From NCBI RefSeq assembly GCF_001194135.2, contig NC_069005.1:14223573-14287572 (forward strand): 64,000 nucleotides of DNA. Reading direction: 5' to 3'. Below the pieces are notes generated by a model that saw only the letters and a list, made by a program, of their open reading frames with translations, did no database searches and was not told the DNA's origin. The stretch comes from Octopus bimaculoides (Eukaryota). Positions 27,101-39,192 of the stretch are shown here, one piece after another (the first letter of the stretch is position 1; every line of letters starts with the position of its first letter). A program made the position numbers and the translations under genes.

Positions 27101-29407
27101 GAAACACTCCCGCGTCTGCCTCCGAGACGCTCTTTCTAAGAAAACATTCAGCTCACCAAGAGAGAACAATTTAACTATGATCTACTCTTGTCAATGGTGT
27201 AGTTTCCCAGCAGCCTCTGATACAATGCTTTTCCAGCACACTGTTGACCAGCATCCGGGCAAGAATGCCAATTTTGAGCAGATTGAGCTGAAGGCACTTG
27301 ACTCAGGATATGGTGAATATGAAAACCTCTCTAGAATGTCGTCTTGGCTCGAAACAACCAAGAGCGAAGCTATCATCTGCCCTTACTGCAAAGTTGGCTT
27401 TGATGATGAACTCCAGTGGAGTGAACACATGGAGCATGAACACAACCACGAAGAGCATATAGTCAAAGAAGAAGATGATGATGATGACGACGATGAGGAT
27501 GGCCATTTATCAAAGTACCGATGTGATTTTTGTGAATTTAACGGTATTTCTGAAAAGGATCTCTTAGATCACCAGCAAATGATGACTATATCCGAGGGTC
27601 CTGACGGGCTGCATAGAAGGGTTGTTGACCTCGCAAATGTAACACCAAAAGTGACAATGTTAACGGACACCAAGTTAACTGTGAGTAACGTTCAGTCATT
27701 CAAGAAGTTCAAGAGGTCACCAAGTAAAAAGATGAACAATGCATTCTTTAAGTGTTCTGGCTGCCACTTCCGGAGCTTGAGCAAGTGGCAATCATTGCGA
27801 CACGTGAAGCATTGTTCCCTTGCAAAGCGACGCCTCTCAGAATATATGAAGAAAAGAGGGTCATTCGTAAGCCGAGATGAAGTGAAGGCAGATATGGACA
27901 TATACAATTTCCCAGAAAGCAACTCTGGATCATCGTCTTCGTCGTCTGAGCGACTGAGTTTCACTGCCGCCAGTAGTGATGAGCTACGCAATCAAAAGAG
28001 TTCTCGAATGATGTCATACATGCGGGACAAACAGATGAACCTGATGGCCAAGGAAGGTATTATCGACTGCACAGACAGCGAGGGATACAAGTGTTCAATT
28101 TGTAAACATACTGGCAAAACAATGATAAACATTCGGCAGCATCTGTGGAAGACTCATCTGAAACTAAAACCCGTTCGTTGTCCTTGCTGTCCATTCACGT
28201 CCTGGAAGAACTACACCCTGGAAAAGCACAAGATCAGCAAGCATCATCATTCGCATCCCAACCTCTCTGATCAAGAGATGAAATCGCTGGCTCAGAATCT
28301 CCAAGGAACCACTGATGGTCTCGTTGAATGTCAGCTCTGTTTCTACAAGAGCCCCAGTCCATATAAAGTACGAACACACCTCTGGCGAACGCACATGCAC
28401 CTTGAAATGAAACAGTGTAGGTCCTGCTCTTATAAGTGTTGGTATTGGTACTTAATGAACATGCATCGACTGTCACGACACAAAATAAAGGTAGACCAGA
28501 ATAGCACGAAATATCAGCAGCAGCAACAGCAGAAGAGTCAAAACGAAAACAAAAATATGCTCGAAGGTAATGGTGAATCCAAAACCAATGACAAAAATTC
28601 GTGTAAATCAAATGATGGTGACAATGCTGTAATGTCTGACGAAGACATGAGTCAACTAGCTAAAGAGTTGATGGAGCGAAAGACTGATAATAAATACGAA
28701 TGCACTATATGTAAATATGAATGCACACGCATTATGATAATGAAAATTCATATCTGGAAGCGCCATTTGAATGTAAAACAACGCAAATGCCAATATTGTC
28801 CGTACACTTGCTGGCTAGAAACGCGTTTGGCTCAACATGTATGTCGGATTGTAGTAGCCAGTTCTTGTGATGTTAACTCCGATGGTGGCGGCGGTGGTGA
28901 TGGTGGTGCCACAGGGCCAATACAGGACTCCAAATCTCGGTGGGTGATTTCAAAAGCAGATGAACATGGTTGCAAGTTATACATTAATAAATCAAAGCGT
29001 CCACACAAAAGACTATCGTTTGAAGAGTTCGGAAGGCCGTGTCCAAAGAAATTCCGATCACTTTCCGAAGGCGGGGCTGCCAATGGGAGTGCTGATAACA
29101 GTGTTGATGGCTTAGATGACTCTGAGAATACCTCGAGTTTTACTGCCACCTCAACTGTGGCAACTTTTGTCAAGGGAAGTAAGAACTTTTCTTGGATCCG
29201 ACAGAAGCATGAGAAGTCTGTTTCTCAATCTTTCTTCCGCGTTAATGACAAAAAACTTTTTGCACGCACCACAGACCGTTTGAACCAGTTGGAAATTTAT
29301 ACGTGTGTTTTCTGTAGCTATAAGTCCTGGAATATGGAGGCAATGTGTCACCATACTTACAAACATAAGCTACAGTGTGGTTACTGCTTGTTCAGAGCCT
29401 ACAGCCG
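18108..29407 (+). CDS. Giant coding exon (11,300 nt) of a ~4,015-aa multi-C2H2 zinc-finger nuclear protein with a basic/AT-hook N-terminus and low-complexity tandem repeats
   Basis: Uninterrupted ORF 18099..29411. The first ATG is at 18108 (MSANKKR); the track's 18099 start is a TTG, and an in-frame TAA lies at 18093. The ORF ends at a consensus donor CG|GTAAGT (GT at 29408) in the middle of a finger (CGYCLFRAYSR). About 18 complete or degenerate C-x2/4-C-x12-H-x3/4-H/C motifs occur from 25824 onward. Confidence 0.92.
18318..18347 (+). other. AT-hook motif (RKAGRPRKHR) within the Lys-rich N-terminal region (~18108-19260)
   Basis: Canonical G-R-P core flanked by K/R. Related KKRGRK and PGRKRK clusters follow and probably act as NLS-like or DNA-contacting patches. 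Confidence 0.7.
19605..20066 (+). repeat. Coding tandem repeat, ~14 x 33 bp (11 aa, consensus about T/S-V-D-S-E-x-V-N-T-P-C)
   Basis: Visible in translation: VTDSEDVNTQS TIDSEDVTTRS TLDSEDVNTQS ... SIESERINTPC. Confidence 0.9.
22320..23645 (+). repeat. Coding minisatellite, ~34 x 39 bp (13 aa, consensus about I/S-N-V-G-S-P-K-D-E-P-N-T-L)
   Basis: Counted by eye in the translation, from SNEDSPKDEPDTI to INEGSLKDVPDIQ. The DNA unit resembles AATGTTGGTAGCCCTAGAGATGAGCCCAATACATTAATA. Confidence 0.93.
24225..24314 (+). repeat. Coding poly-Ser tract (TCA/TCC trinucleotide run)
   Basis: TSSSSSSVSSVILPSSSSSSSSSSSSSSSSS in translation. Confidence 0.9.
26361..26399 (+). repeat. Coding His13 tract followed by poly-Ser
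   Basis: (CAC/CAT)13, in frame, immediately before the main finger cluster. Confidence 0.95.
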
Positions 29408-32400
29408 GTAAGTAAAACGTTTTAGCTTGTTTTAATTTAATCAATACATCTCTCACTTTCTCTCTCTAATTTTGCACAGCAATCTAGTTATACGCTTTAG
29501 TTACTGAACCTTACCTTTGACAGCTATATGTTGTTTTCAAACATTTATGCACATATGTTTAACCCATTAGCATTCAGATTATTTTGTCAAATATGTTTAT
29601 TCACATTGTTTTGAATTAATCATGCAATTATCTTGTAGCTTTGACTGTTTGATGGTGTGATTGTTTATTTTTTGAATGTAGCATTGATGCAAGAGGCAGG
29701 ATCTGGCCAGTTTGAACAGAAAAAAAACTGGTAGAATATTCTAGATATAGCTGGTTTTAAATTCTCTAACCCTTTGGCATTTGTATTATTTTGTCAAAAG
29801 TAATTCTTATTTATTCACATTGTTTTGAATTAATCATGCATTATCTTGTAACTTTGAGATTTTGATGAGGTAACTGTTTAGAATGACATTGTTGGGTTAG
29901 TGTGAGAAGCCAGATCTGGCCAGTTTGAACATAAGAGGCAGAATATTTGGGCTGGGTATGGCCAGTTTAAATGCTAAAAGGTAGTTCAAAGAAATGACCA
30001 TTACTATATTCTCTTGACCATTTGTCATGTTCTCCTTAAATTAGTGCAATAAATGAATCGATTGCTTGGCTTATGATAAATGGTCCCAATTGTGTTTAGT
30101 TGAAGGAGAAATGGGAATTGTGGGCACACATGCCTATCCCAGAGGCATTAGCAATATAAGTGAAATAATTTTCACTGTGATGAGAAACAAGATGGTACTC
30201 ATTTTTACTAGCAGATGATGTCCTGTACAGCACATAAGCAAGCTACTATTAACTTGTTTGGATGAAGAGAAGCTAAGCCATCGACTTTTACGGCTCAACT
30301 GGGGTCCATATAAGATTTTGTTGTTAAAATTTATACGTAGTAAATTAATTGTACTTCTACAATAAACAAAATATTTTCACAATTCTTTTATGCAATTCCT
30401 AATAATATTTAATCATAAAAATATAGTGGGATTTTCTAGACATTGAATAATTATGAGGGATTCCACTCTACTTCCTGAGTGAAATCGGAATCAAAGAAGC
30501 CAAAAATAGTTAAGAACTACTGCTTTAACCCTTTAGCATTCGGAGTATTCTGTCACATGTAATGCTTTTTCATTCACGTTGTGTTTAAGTAATCATGCTT
30601 TATCTCATAGCTTTGAAATTTTGATGATGTGATTGTATATTTTTAGAGTAGCATTGAAAGGTAAGTGTGATAAGCTGCATCTGACTGGTTAGAACATAAA
30701 ACAGGAAACCTATTTGGGCCAGATGTGGCTCAGGTTAAATAAATGTGGGTCGGGTGGGAATATAGAAGCTGTAAAAGAAACTTGTTGAAGCGGCAGCACA
30801 TCTTGTTGGGTATTTGTTGAAACATGTGAGTGAAATGTTGCCAATTTGATGATATTGATTGAGTCTGGTTTCTATCAGCCTGTTTGATACCAGCCCATTT
30901 GAAACTGCCTCTAAGTTCTGTGATAAACACTTTCTGTTTTAATGTGATCTCAAACCTTTCATCAAAGTTTCATATTTATGTTCCAAACATCAACTTAGTA
31001 ATGACAAGAATTTTCAAAATTAATTGTAATAGTGAAGCCAGTGCAAGTCAATAGAAATATGATAACTAGTGCCAAAAAATATCTTTACTAACATTAGCAA
31101 AACCAGTGGGTTTTCTATGCTATTCCTTGTGTAAACCCAATTTACAGTTTAGAAATAACTAACATTAATTGTATGGCTTTTAAACATCTTGTTGTCTCCC
31201 TTTATGCGCTGAGTTTCTTTCAGTGATGTGTTTCCTTGGGCCACCAGACACTGATGTATGGCTTCAGTACTGTTTAACTGATCTAAGATGAATCTATTCC
31301 TGGATAGGATACCAGCCTATAGCAAGTAACATCCTCAGACAAACTTGTAGCAATTCCTGACGGCTATAAGGTCTATAGAATTCTTGTGCTATGTTCAGAA
31401 ACACAACTAAGTTTTTGTATCTATTATGATTTGTCTTACACCTAGTCACTTGACCAATGTGTTTACACAACCCTTAAATAACAATTTCTTTAACCAAACA
31501 TGAAATAGGGTTAGATTGACCACACAGTAGAACTAAAACTCACAGTCCAGGAACAAATCATCTTGTATTTTATTCATCCATTTTCCTCTTTCACATTGTC
31601 ATCATTGTCATTTGACATCCACTCTTCCATGCTTGCACAGGTCAGAGTTTCTTTTTTTTCTTCTTCTTTGAGACAGCTTTTCTATGGCCAGATGCTCTTC
31701 CTGTTGCTAACCTCACCTGTTCCCAAACCTGATAATATTTCCTCGTGGAAGACTGGAAACAAACATCACCAGTTGTTTGTTGGTGATACACTTTTACGAT
31801 CATAAAATGATGTCACGGCAAGATCATACACACACACACATACATAATGAGCTTCTTCCAGATTCCATCAACTAGATGCATTCACAAGGACATGGGACCC
31901 TGACAGGTGCTACTAATCTGCATCAGAGTAGACCTGGGAAAAATAGTGGCTAAGAAACAGACCCACATACCTCAAAACCTTAGAACTTCTGACACCAGTG
32001 CCCCACTACCAGATGCAGTTTAAAACCATACCCAATAGACTTAATTGTTAATGCTAAGTGACTAGTGAGTTATGGTTGTAGAAGTGAAATAGCACAAATG
32101 GAATAATGGCTACTTTGAGGTGCAATTAGAAGCATGGTCATCTTGCAAGTGATGGATATGGAATTCAAATTCTCTCAATGGTTCTGTTCTTTTTTTGTCT
32201 CTAGTTTGTAATTTATAATATCTGAGAAAAGACTTCTCTGTACCCTGTCAACATCAAGTACTGCATCCATTTCATTCTTAATATCCCAGTTTGTATGGTT
32301 GTAAGTAGATACCAGAGAGTAAATTCATTCAACTCTACAGCTTGTGAGTGACATAAACAACCGTTTTATTAGTTTTAGGTTCTGGGTATAGGTTCTCTTG

Positions 32401-32531
32401 TAGCCCTGATCCATGAATAGATTGTGCTCCACAATGGAATCATATTTCAGTATAGATATCATGGAATATGGTACCATTTATGTGTGTGTGTGTGTGTGTG
32501 TGTACACACCTGTGCTTATTCCTCTATTATA

Positions 32532-33818
32532 TTAGGTTGTCAAGAAAGTTCTTGCAGTTTTTAACTTTCAAATTCAGATCCACATATCTTGGCTCAAACA
32601 AAGCTTTATTAATTGAAATAAACACCATCAGGATCAACCCACTTTTGCCAACACGAAACAAGTTTATTTACGCCAGTCGCATAAAGATCTTGCATTCTGG
32701 TGGCGATGAAGTCATTGAAAGCGTGTTTGGCATCGTCTTAGTTTTTGAAGCATTTCTCATGCAGGAAGTTGTCGAGATGCTTGAAAAAGTGGTAGTCAGT
32801 AGGCAAGAGGTCTGGTGAGTATGGCGGATGAGGCAGAGTTTCGTAGCCCAATTCATTCAACTTCTGCAGGGTCAGTTGTGCGATATGCAACCGAGCGTTG
32901 TCGTGGAGAAGAATTGGTCCTTTTCTATTGACTAATGCTGGCTGTTGTCGGATTTTCCTATGCATTTCATCCATTTGCTGACAGTACTTCGCCATAGTGG
33001 TTTCGCCTGGATCCAAAAAGCTTTGATGGATGAGACCGGCCGCAGACCACCAAACAGTTGCCATTACCTTCTTTTGGAGCAACTTTGGCTTCGGGAAGTG
33101 CCGTGGGGCTTCATCAGTGTCCAACCACTGAGCTGAGTGTCGCCAGTTGTCGTAAAGAATCCACTTTTCATCGCAAGTCACAATCCGGTCAAGAAACGGG
33201 TTGTTCTTGTTGTGTAAAAGAAGGGAAGACGACACTNNNNNNNNNNNNNNNNNNNNNNNNNNNNNNNNNNNNNNNNNNCGTGTGGCACCCATTTCTCAAG
33301 TATTTTTGTTTATCCAATCTCTTTCAAGTGGTTCGAAATTATCGTGTACATTACGTTTAATTCAGAAGCAAGCTCTTGAACAGTTGTGCGTGGATTGGCT
33401 TCCACTAAGGCTCGTAGTTGATTGTTGTCAACATCTGATGGCCGACCACTACCCTTATCATTTTCAAGACTCTTGTCACCGCTACGGAATTTCTTGAACC
33501 ACCATTGTGCTGTTCGTTCATTAGTGGTTCCTGGGCCAAATGCATTGTTGATATCACAAGCTGTTTCAGCAGCTTTTTGGCCTAGCTTGAACTGGAATAA
33601 AAAAATTGTGTAAATTTGCTTTTTGTCCATGTTGTATTCAACGTTCCTGAAAAAATGGCCTAATTACTCAAAAAGAAAAAGAGTAACACGATTAGGTAGA
33701 GCGAAAAACGGCTTTAAAATGATATATACAGTCAAAGTAATTTAGTGAAAATTAATTTGAAAATACATCATTTAAAACCAAAATTAAAAATTCTGCAAGA
33801 ACTTTCTTGACAACCTCA
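32532..33818 (-). mobile_element. Full-length mariner transposon (1,287 bp), cecropia/Hsmar1-like; transposase pseudogene 33630-32609
   Basis: 26-bp TIRs TTAGGTTGTCAAGAAAGTTCTTGCAG (1 mismatch) with TA duplications at 32530 and 33819. Motifs MDKKQIYTIFLF, WVPH, VTCDEKW, HDNA and [10 protein letters not shown] (D,D34D). Premature TAA at 33312-33310 and 32740-32738; a 42-N gap inside. Confidence 0.95.
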
Positions 33819-34325
33819 TACTTTATCCTTCAACACCTGGCATAAAACTCTCTCTATCTCTCTCTAATCAAATCCCACTCTGTCAAGAAGACTTTCTTTG
33901 TCTTGTCTTTACTTTGTGCTGCAATTTATTATACCTCACCAGTGCCAGTGTCGTGAAAAATGCACCCAGTACACAGTGTAAAGCAGTTGGTTTTAAGAAG
34001 GGTATCAAGCTATAGAAACCATGCCAAAGCTGACATTGAGGCCTGACTCAGCTCTGCAGCTCATTAAATCCCATCATACAATCCAAAATATCACAAACAG
34101 ACATTAAACAATTATCATGATGATGATGTATAATAAAAACCTGAGTCTTAGACAACTAGTGTTGATCTGCAGAGTCAGCAAATAACCATTTAGTGAAGTT
34201 TGAAATTTTGGGAGTGTCACAGGAGAAGAGAATAGTGACATTTTAAGTTAAACCCTTGGTGGGAGAGTTTTGAATAAAACACCTGACGTTTCATCTCACC
34301 CACAACATACATATTTTACAGTATA

Positions 34326-34563
34326 CAGTAAATCCATTGCCATATCACAGTTCACCTATTGCGGTTTATTATTTTAGCTTATATCGATTCCTCCATGGTA
34401 TTGTTTTGCATTTATAATAAAATAAATATATACAATTATAAAAATATAGAATACTGATAAAAAAAAATTATGCAGTACAATACCGTTTCTACTTCACAGA
34501 TTTTCACCTATCTCTGGGAGGGGGTATTGAAACATAACACCCGTGATATTCGAAGGATTACTG
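34326..34563. mobile_element. pogo/Tigger-like MITE, ~240 bp
   Basis: TA-CAGTAAATCC ... GGATTACTG-TA termini. Confidence 0.55.
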
Positions 34564-35360
34564 TACTCCACAGTTGTTAATCTGCTGAAATAACATGTAA
34601 TTGTAGCAGTAAAAGCACAACCAACTCATCAGGCAGTATATTGTGTGGCCATGACATTATCATTGCACTGTATATACAGGTTTCCTGATCACTTGATAGC
34701 TACTGTATAAAAGCCAACACCGAGGTAGACACAATTGAGTTCTACAATTGGCATATAAGCAAATGCTTCTGAGTATTTTATCAATTGTGATAAGCCCTTC
34801 GTATTTGTTGGCTCAGCAATTCTGGAGACTATATCTTGAAGTAATTCCCAGTAACTGAACAGTTTCTGAGGATTCCACAAGATAAAAGAGATCTTAGATA
34901 AAATTTGATAAAAATTTATTTTACGTAATAAAAAAAGAATAAATAAATAAATAGAAGTTATTCTCCCATTTCAACATAACGTTTTACTTGTTTCAGTCCC
35001 TGGAGTATTGTCATATTGGAGCACTAACTTAGGAGTTTAGTCGATCAAATCGGCCCCAGTACTTTAAAAAAAAAAAATTTTAAGTGCATTATTTATTCTA
35101 TTGGCTCATAAGCCAATCTGCTAAGTTACAAAGACATAAACAAACCTACACCGGTTAAGAAACAGATATGTACACACTATGTATGTATGTATCTATCTGT
35201 GACGAGGTTTTATTTATTTATTTTTTTTTGTTACGTTCTCTTTTCAAAATAATTTCATTTAATCTCACTCTCTCATGAAAATTAATTATCCATTAAATAA
35301 AGACATGAGTTCCAGAACGGCTGGCCACACACATACGAAGTTATTTATCTCAAAGTGTTT

Positions 35361-35733
35361 ACTCTTTACTCTTTTACTTGTTTCAGTCATTTGACTGCGG
35401 CCATGCTGGAGCACCGCCTTTAGTCGAGCAAATCAACCCCAGGACTTATTCTTTGGAAGCCTAGTATTTATTCTATCGGTTCTTTTTGCCGAACCGCTAA
35501 GTTACGGCGACGTAAACACACCACCATCGGTTGTCAAGCGATGGTGGGGGGACAAACATATACATATATACGACGGGCTTCTTTCAGTTTCCGTCTACCA
35601 AATCCACTCACAAGGTTTTGGTCGGCCCGAGGCTATAGTAGAAGACACTTGCCCAAGGTGCCATGCAATGGGACTGAACCCGGAACCGTGTGGTTGGTAA
35701 GCGAGCTACTTACCACACAGCCACTCCTGCGCC
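35361..35733 (-). mobile_element. Family B tRNA-derived SINE, near-complete; other copies at 36601-37312, 38690-39030, 52760-52940, 53150-53490, 53710-54060, 55215-55590, 60005-60381 and 62360-62560
   Basis: Reverse complement reads GGCGCAGGAGTGGCTGTGTGGTAAG ... GGTTCCGGGTTCAGTCCC (A/B boxes) ... GGTAGACGGAAACTGAAAGAAGCCCG ... GACTGAAACAAGTAAAAGAGTAAAGAG tail. Confidence 0.88.
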
Positions 35734-36179
35734 TTGTTTGTTGACTTTTTTTTACTACTATACATATTCATCTGATAAGAGAGAAGAAGGCATTTTGACT
35801 TTGAACTCTTGATTTTCCATAATTCGATTCGCCAAAAATAAACAGTCTTTTACGTCTAGACACCCTATGGGAAAGAAAATATAATTTTAAGTAACGGAGA
35901 AAAAGAAATCTGTAGAAATACAGTCGGTTAGATGGTTCCAGGGAGATAACTCTGTAGCTTCTAACTTACTTTAATTAGCTTAGAAATGTGATGACGGATT
36001 CTGGTGCATTCTATAGTTTAAATTTGATAGCTTTGGATGTTATTTAAATGGCTAGTATGGTTCTTCCACGGAGTAATTACTTCAGTTTCAACACATTGTC
36101 CCAGGTCAAATCACTTGCCAGACAAGTACAACTCCGAAATTAGGAAATGTATTTCTGATCATTCGAGATACTTCGAAGT

Positions 36180-36545
36180 CATTTTTCATGACGCCTTCTC
36201 CAAAAGTGTGCTTTCGTCAATAACTAAAACTAGCGATATTGAAAGAATGTGGCGTTAACTTGTGAAACGACAATTAACTAATGCAGTTGTGGTTACGTAG
36301 GCGGAGTGTGCATATTAAATGTTGCCTTTCATATTATTTCTGATTGCACTCGGCAATGTTTATTCCCACAACCGAAACAAACGTGTTTTTAAGACAATCG
36401 TCCTCGATACGTCCCTCGACTGCCCTTACAACCAAAATCCATTACCCCCAAGTAGTATAACAATAATGAATTGCCATCGGCCAGTTTAAAAAAGCATTTA
36501 TTAATCAAATAGGGCGAATATCTTGACAAGGGAAGCAACTCTTGG
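36180..36545. repeat. Older unclassified repeat; a second copy at 37318-37595 + 38384-38560 hosts the foldback element
   Basis: Shared blocks TTAACTTGTGAAACGA, GCAGTTGTGGTTACGTAGGCGGAGTGTGCATATTAAATGTTGCCT, CCAAAATCCATTAC and CTTGACAAGGGA(A/T)GCAACTC. Confidence 0.7.
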
Positions 36546-36793
36546 TTGGTTTGTAGATTACCCCCCCTCTCTCTGATTTATTACTGTATGTACTACATAT
36601 ACTCTTTTACTTGTTTTAGTCATTAGACTGCGGCCATGCTGGAGCACCGCCTTTAGTCGAGCAAATCGACCCCCAGGACTTATTCTTTGTAAGCCTAGTA
36701 CTTATTCTATCGGTTCTTTGGCCGAACCGCCAAGTTACGGGGATGTAAACACACCACCATCTGTTCTCAAGCGATGTTGGTGGGACAAACACA

Positions 36794-36841
<48 letters not shown>

Positions 36842-37100
36842 CGACGGGCTTCTTTCAGTTTACGTCTACCCAATCCGCTCACAAGGTTTTGGTCGCTCCG
36901 AGGCTAGAGTAGAAGACACTTGCCCGAGGTGCTACGCAGTGGGACTGAANNNNNNNNNNTTAGTCGAGCAAATCGACCCCCAGGACTTATTCTTTGTAAG
37001 CCTAGTACTTATTCTATCGGTTCTTTGGCCGAACCGCCAAGTTACGGGGATGTAAACACACCACCATCTGTTCTCAAGCGATGTTGGTGGGACAAACACA

Positions 37101-37148
<48 letters not shown>

Positions 37149-37595
37149 CGACGGGCTTCTTTCAGTTTACGTCTACCCAATCCGCTCACAAGGTTTTGGT
37201 CGCTCCGAGGCTAGAGTAGAAGACACTTGCCCGAGGTGCTACGCAGTGGGACTGAACCCGGAACCAAGTGGTTGGTAAGCGAGCTACTTACCCACACAGC
37301 CACTCCTGCGCCTATATGTTCATGACCCTTTCTCCCACTCGCTTCCTCCAAAGATGTACTTTTGTGAATTACTAAAACTAGATTGGAAGAATGTAAAGTT
37401 AACTTGTGAAACGAGGATTAATTAACGCAGTTGTGGTTACGTAGGCGGAGTGTGCATATTAAATGTTGCCTCCCACAGAACATTCGTATAATTATTTGTA
37501 AAGGCAAGTGGCTTTGTGGTTAACGTGATTGCACTAATAATGTTTATTCCCTCCCGCCCCAACTGAAGCAAACAGGTGTTTTTGAAGCAATCCTC

Positions 37596-38383
37596 GGATC
37601 TTTGTGATTTGACGGGCAACACTTGTTTTCTTAACAAAACACTTTCAAACTTGGGACACTGGTAGAATGTGTCATATAAAACAACTTCTTCTCTTAACCT
37701 TCTTAACAAAAAATTGTACATCGCAAGTTATTTCATGTTAAAGTTGTCGTATTTCTGTAATTTCAACCAATCACTGACGTCTATTCAGCTGAATACAGTT
37801 ACTGCTGTTCGGTGTCAAGTGTGTTATTCCCTGTATAATTATATCATTATTCCCTAGTAAGGGTTTAGGGGGTTAGGGTTAGGGTTCGGGTTTTATGGTT
37901 ATGAGTTATAGGGTTAGAGTTAAGGTTATGGCAAAAATAATCATAACCCTAACCGTAATCCTAAAACTAACCCTAACTCTAAAACCCGAACCCGAACCCT
38001 AACCCTAAAACCCTAAAGCTAAAACCAGTACAAACGTACGAACGATGTCATAAATAACAGTAACAAACGAAATATATACCACTGATAGTTGTTGTTGACA
38101 ACGGATAGTTTTTGTTGACAAACAACGGCACTAATTTTATTCAAGGGAAAATATCCCCAGACACCGTTGTTTACATTCCACGGCGTAATTGTTTTCAACT
38201 CAATAGACGTCAGTGATTGGTTGAAATTACCGAAATACGACAATTTTTTACATGAAATAACTTAGAATACAAAATTTTTTATCTGTTCTATACCACAAAA
38301 TATACAAGTATTCGAAGTTTGAAAGTGTTTCGGTACCAAAAACACTACATAAAAAAATGTTGCCCGTCAAATCACAAAGATCC
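37596..38383. mobile_element. Non-autonomous foldback DNA element (788 bp) with a head-to-head telomere-like repeat core
   Basis: Perfect 26-bp TIR GGATCTTTGTGATTTGACGGGCAACA; 8-bp TSD CAATCCTC at 37588-37595 and 38384-38391; arms stay complementary for ~230 bp; centre is degenerate (TTAGGG)n (37860-37930) followed by (CCCTAA)n (37945-38016). Confidence 0.9.
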
Positions 38384-38859
38384 CAATCCTCAACTGCCCC
38401 TTACAGCCAAAATCCATTACTCCCAAGTGGTTTGCCTGCAAAAAAAACAATAAAATAAAAAAAAATTGAAATAAATAAAACCAATGACATCGGCCAATTA
38501 AAAAAACTTTTGCGTTTATAAGTGACGTAGCATGTATCTCTTGACAAGGGATGCAACTCTTTATTGTGTTTGTATATATTATCTTTTCCTCTTTCTCTTC
38601 TCCCCAGCACTCGGTCTTTCTCTGTGGTTTGTTACTGCAAGCCTCTTTGTACTCAACTGACTAATAACAGGCAACACCAGAACATTTTATCTTTTATCTG
38701 GTTCAGTCATTAGACAAGGTAGTGCCCCATGCTGAAGAATTGACCCCAGTACTTTTTTTAAAGCCTAGTACTTATTCTCTTTCTTTTGTCAAACTAAGTT
38801 ATGTGAACGTAAACAAACCAACACCGTTTGTCGAGCAGTGGTGGGGAGCAAAGACATAC

Positions 38860-38897
<38 letters not shown>

Positions 38898-39192
38898 GAC
38901 AGGCTTCTTTCAGTTTGTCTACCAAATCGTTTCATAGTGCTATAGTAGAAGACACTTGCTCAAGATTCCTTGGGATGGGACTGAACCTGGCACCATGTGG
39001 TCGGGAAGCAAGCTTCATATCGCACAACCACGCTGCTTTGAAAAGACAAAATAGAATTTACATTTGTATAATTCTTTTCTTTGCCATTGTGTTGGACAAA
39101 ATAACTTAATTCTTAAAATTCTCATAAACATGGAAAACTTTATTAAGCCTTTGCTTGCATAATTAATTGTATCCTTCTTATAACAGTATTAA

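Noticed and set aside
20187-27475. SUMO consensus sites (LKVE, VKAE, VKKE, IKVE, VKEE) and one PSVEL (PxVxL) motif
   Set aside because: Short motifs expected by chance in a 4,000-aa protein; unsupported without conservation data.
32609-33630. Domesticated SETMAR-like transposase or exonised mariner
   Set aside because: It is antisense to the host gene, has two premature stops, retains TIRs and TSD, and no SET domain is present.
35640-35733. tRNA genes suggested by A/B-box-like motifs, here and in other SINE heads
   Set aside because: They continue into SINE bodies and tails, are multicopy and decayed, and I see no intact cloverleaf.
36653-37256. Tandem duplication of a 297-bp SINE segment
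   Set aside because: The two copies are identical, including (CA)17(TA)6, and are separated by a 10-N gap, which is typical of an unmerged contig overlap.
37860-38016. Genuine ancestral chromosome end-to-end fusion site
   Set aside because: The tract is short, enclosed by TIRs and a TSD, and an empty-site paralogue lies nearby, so it arrived as an insertion.
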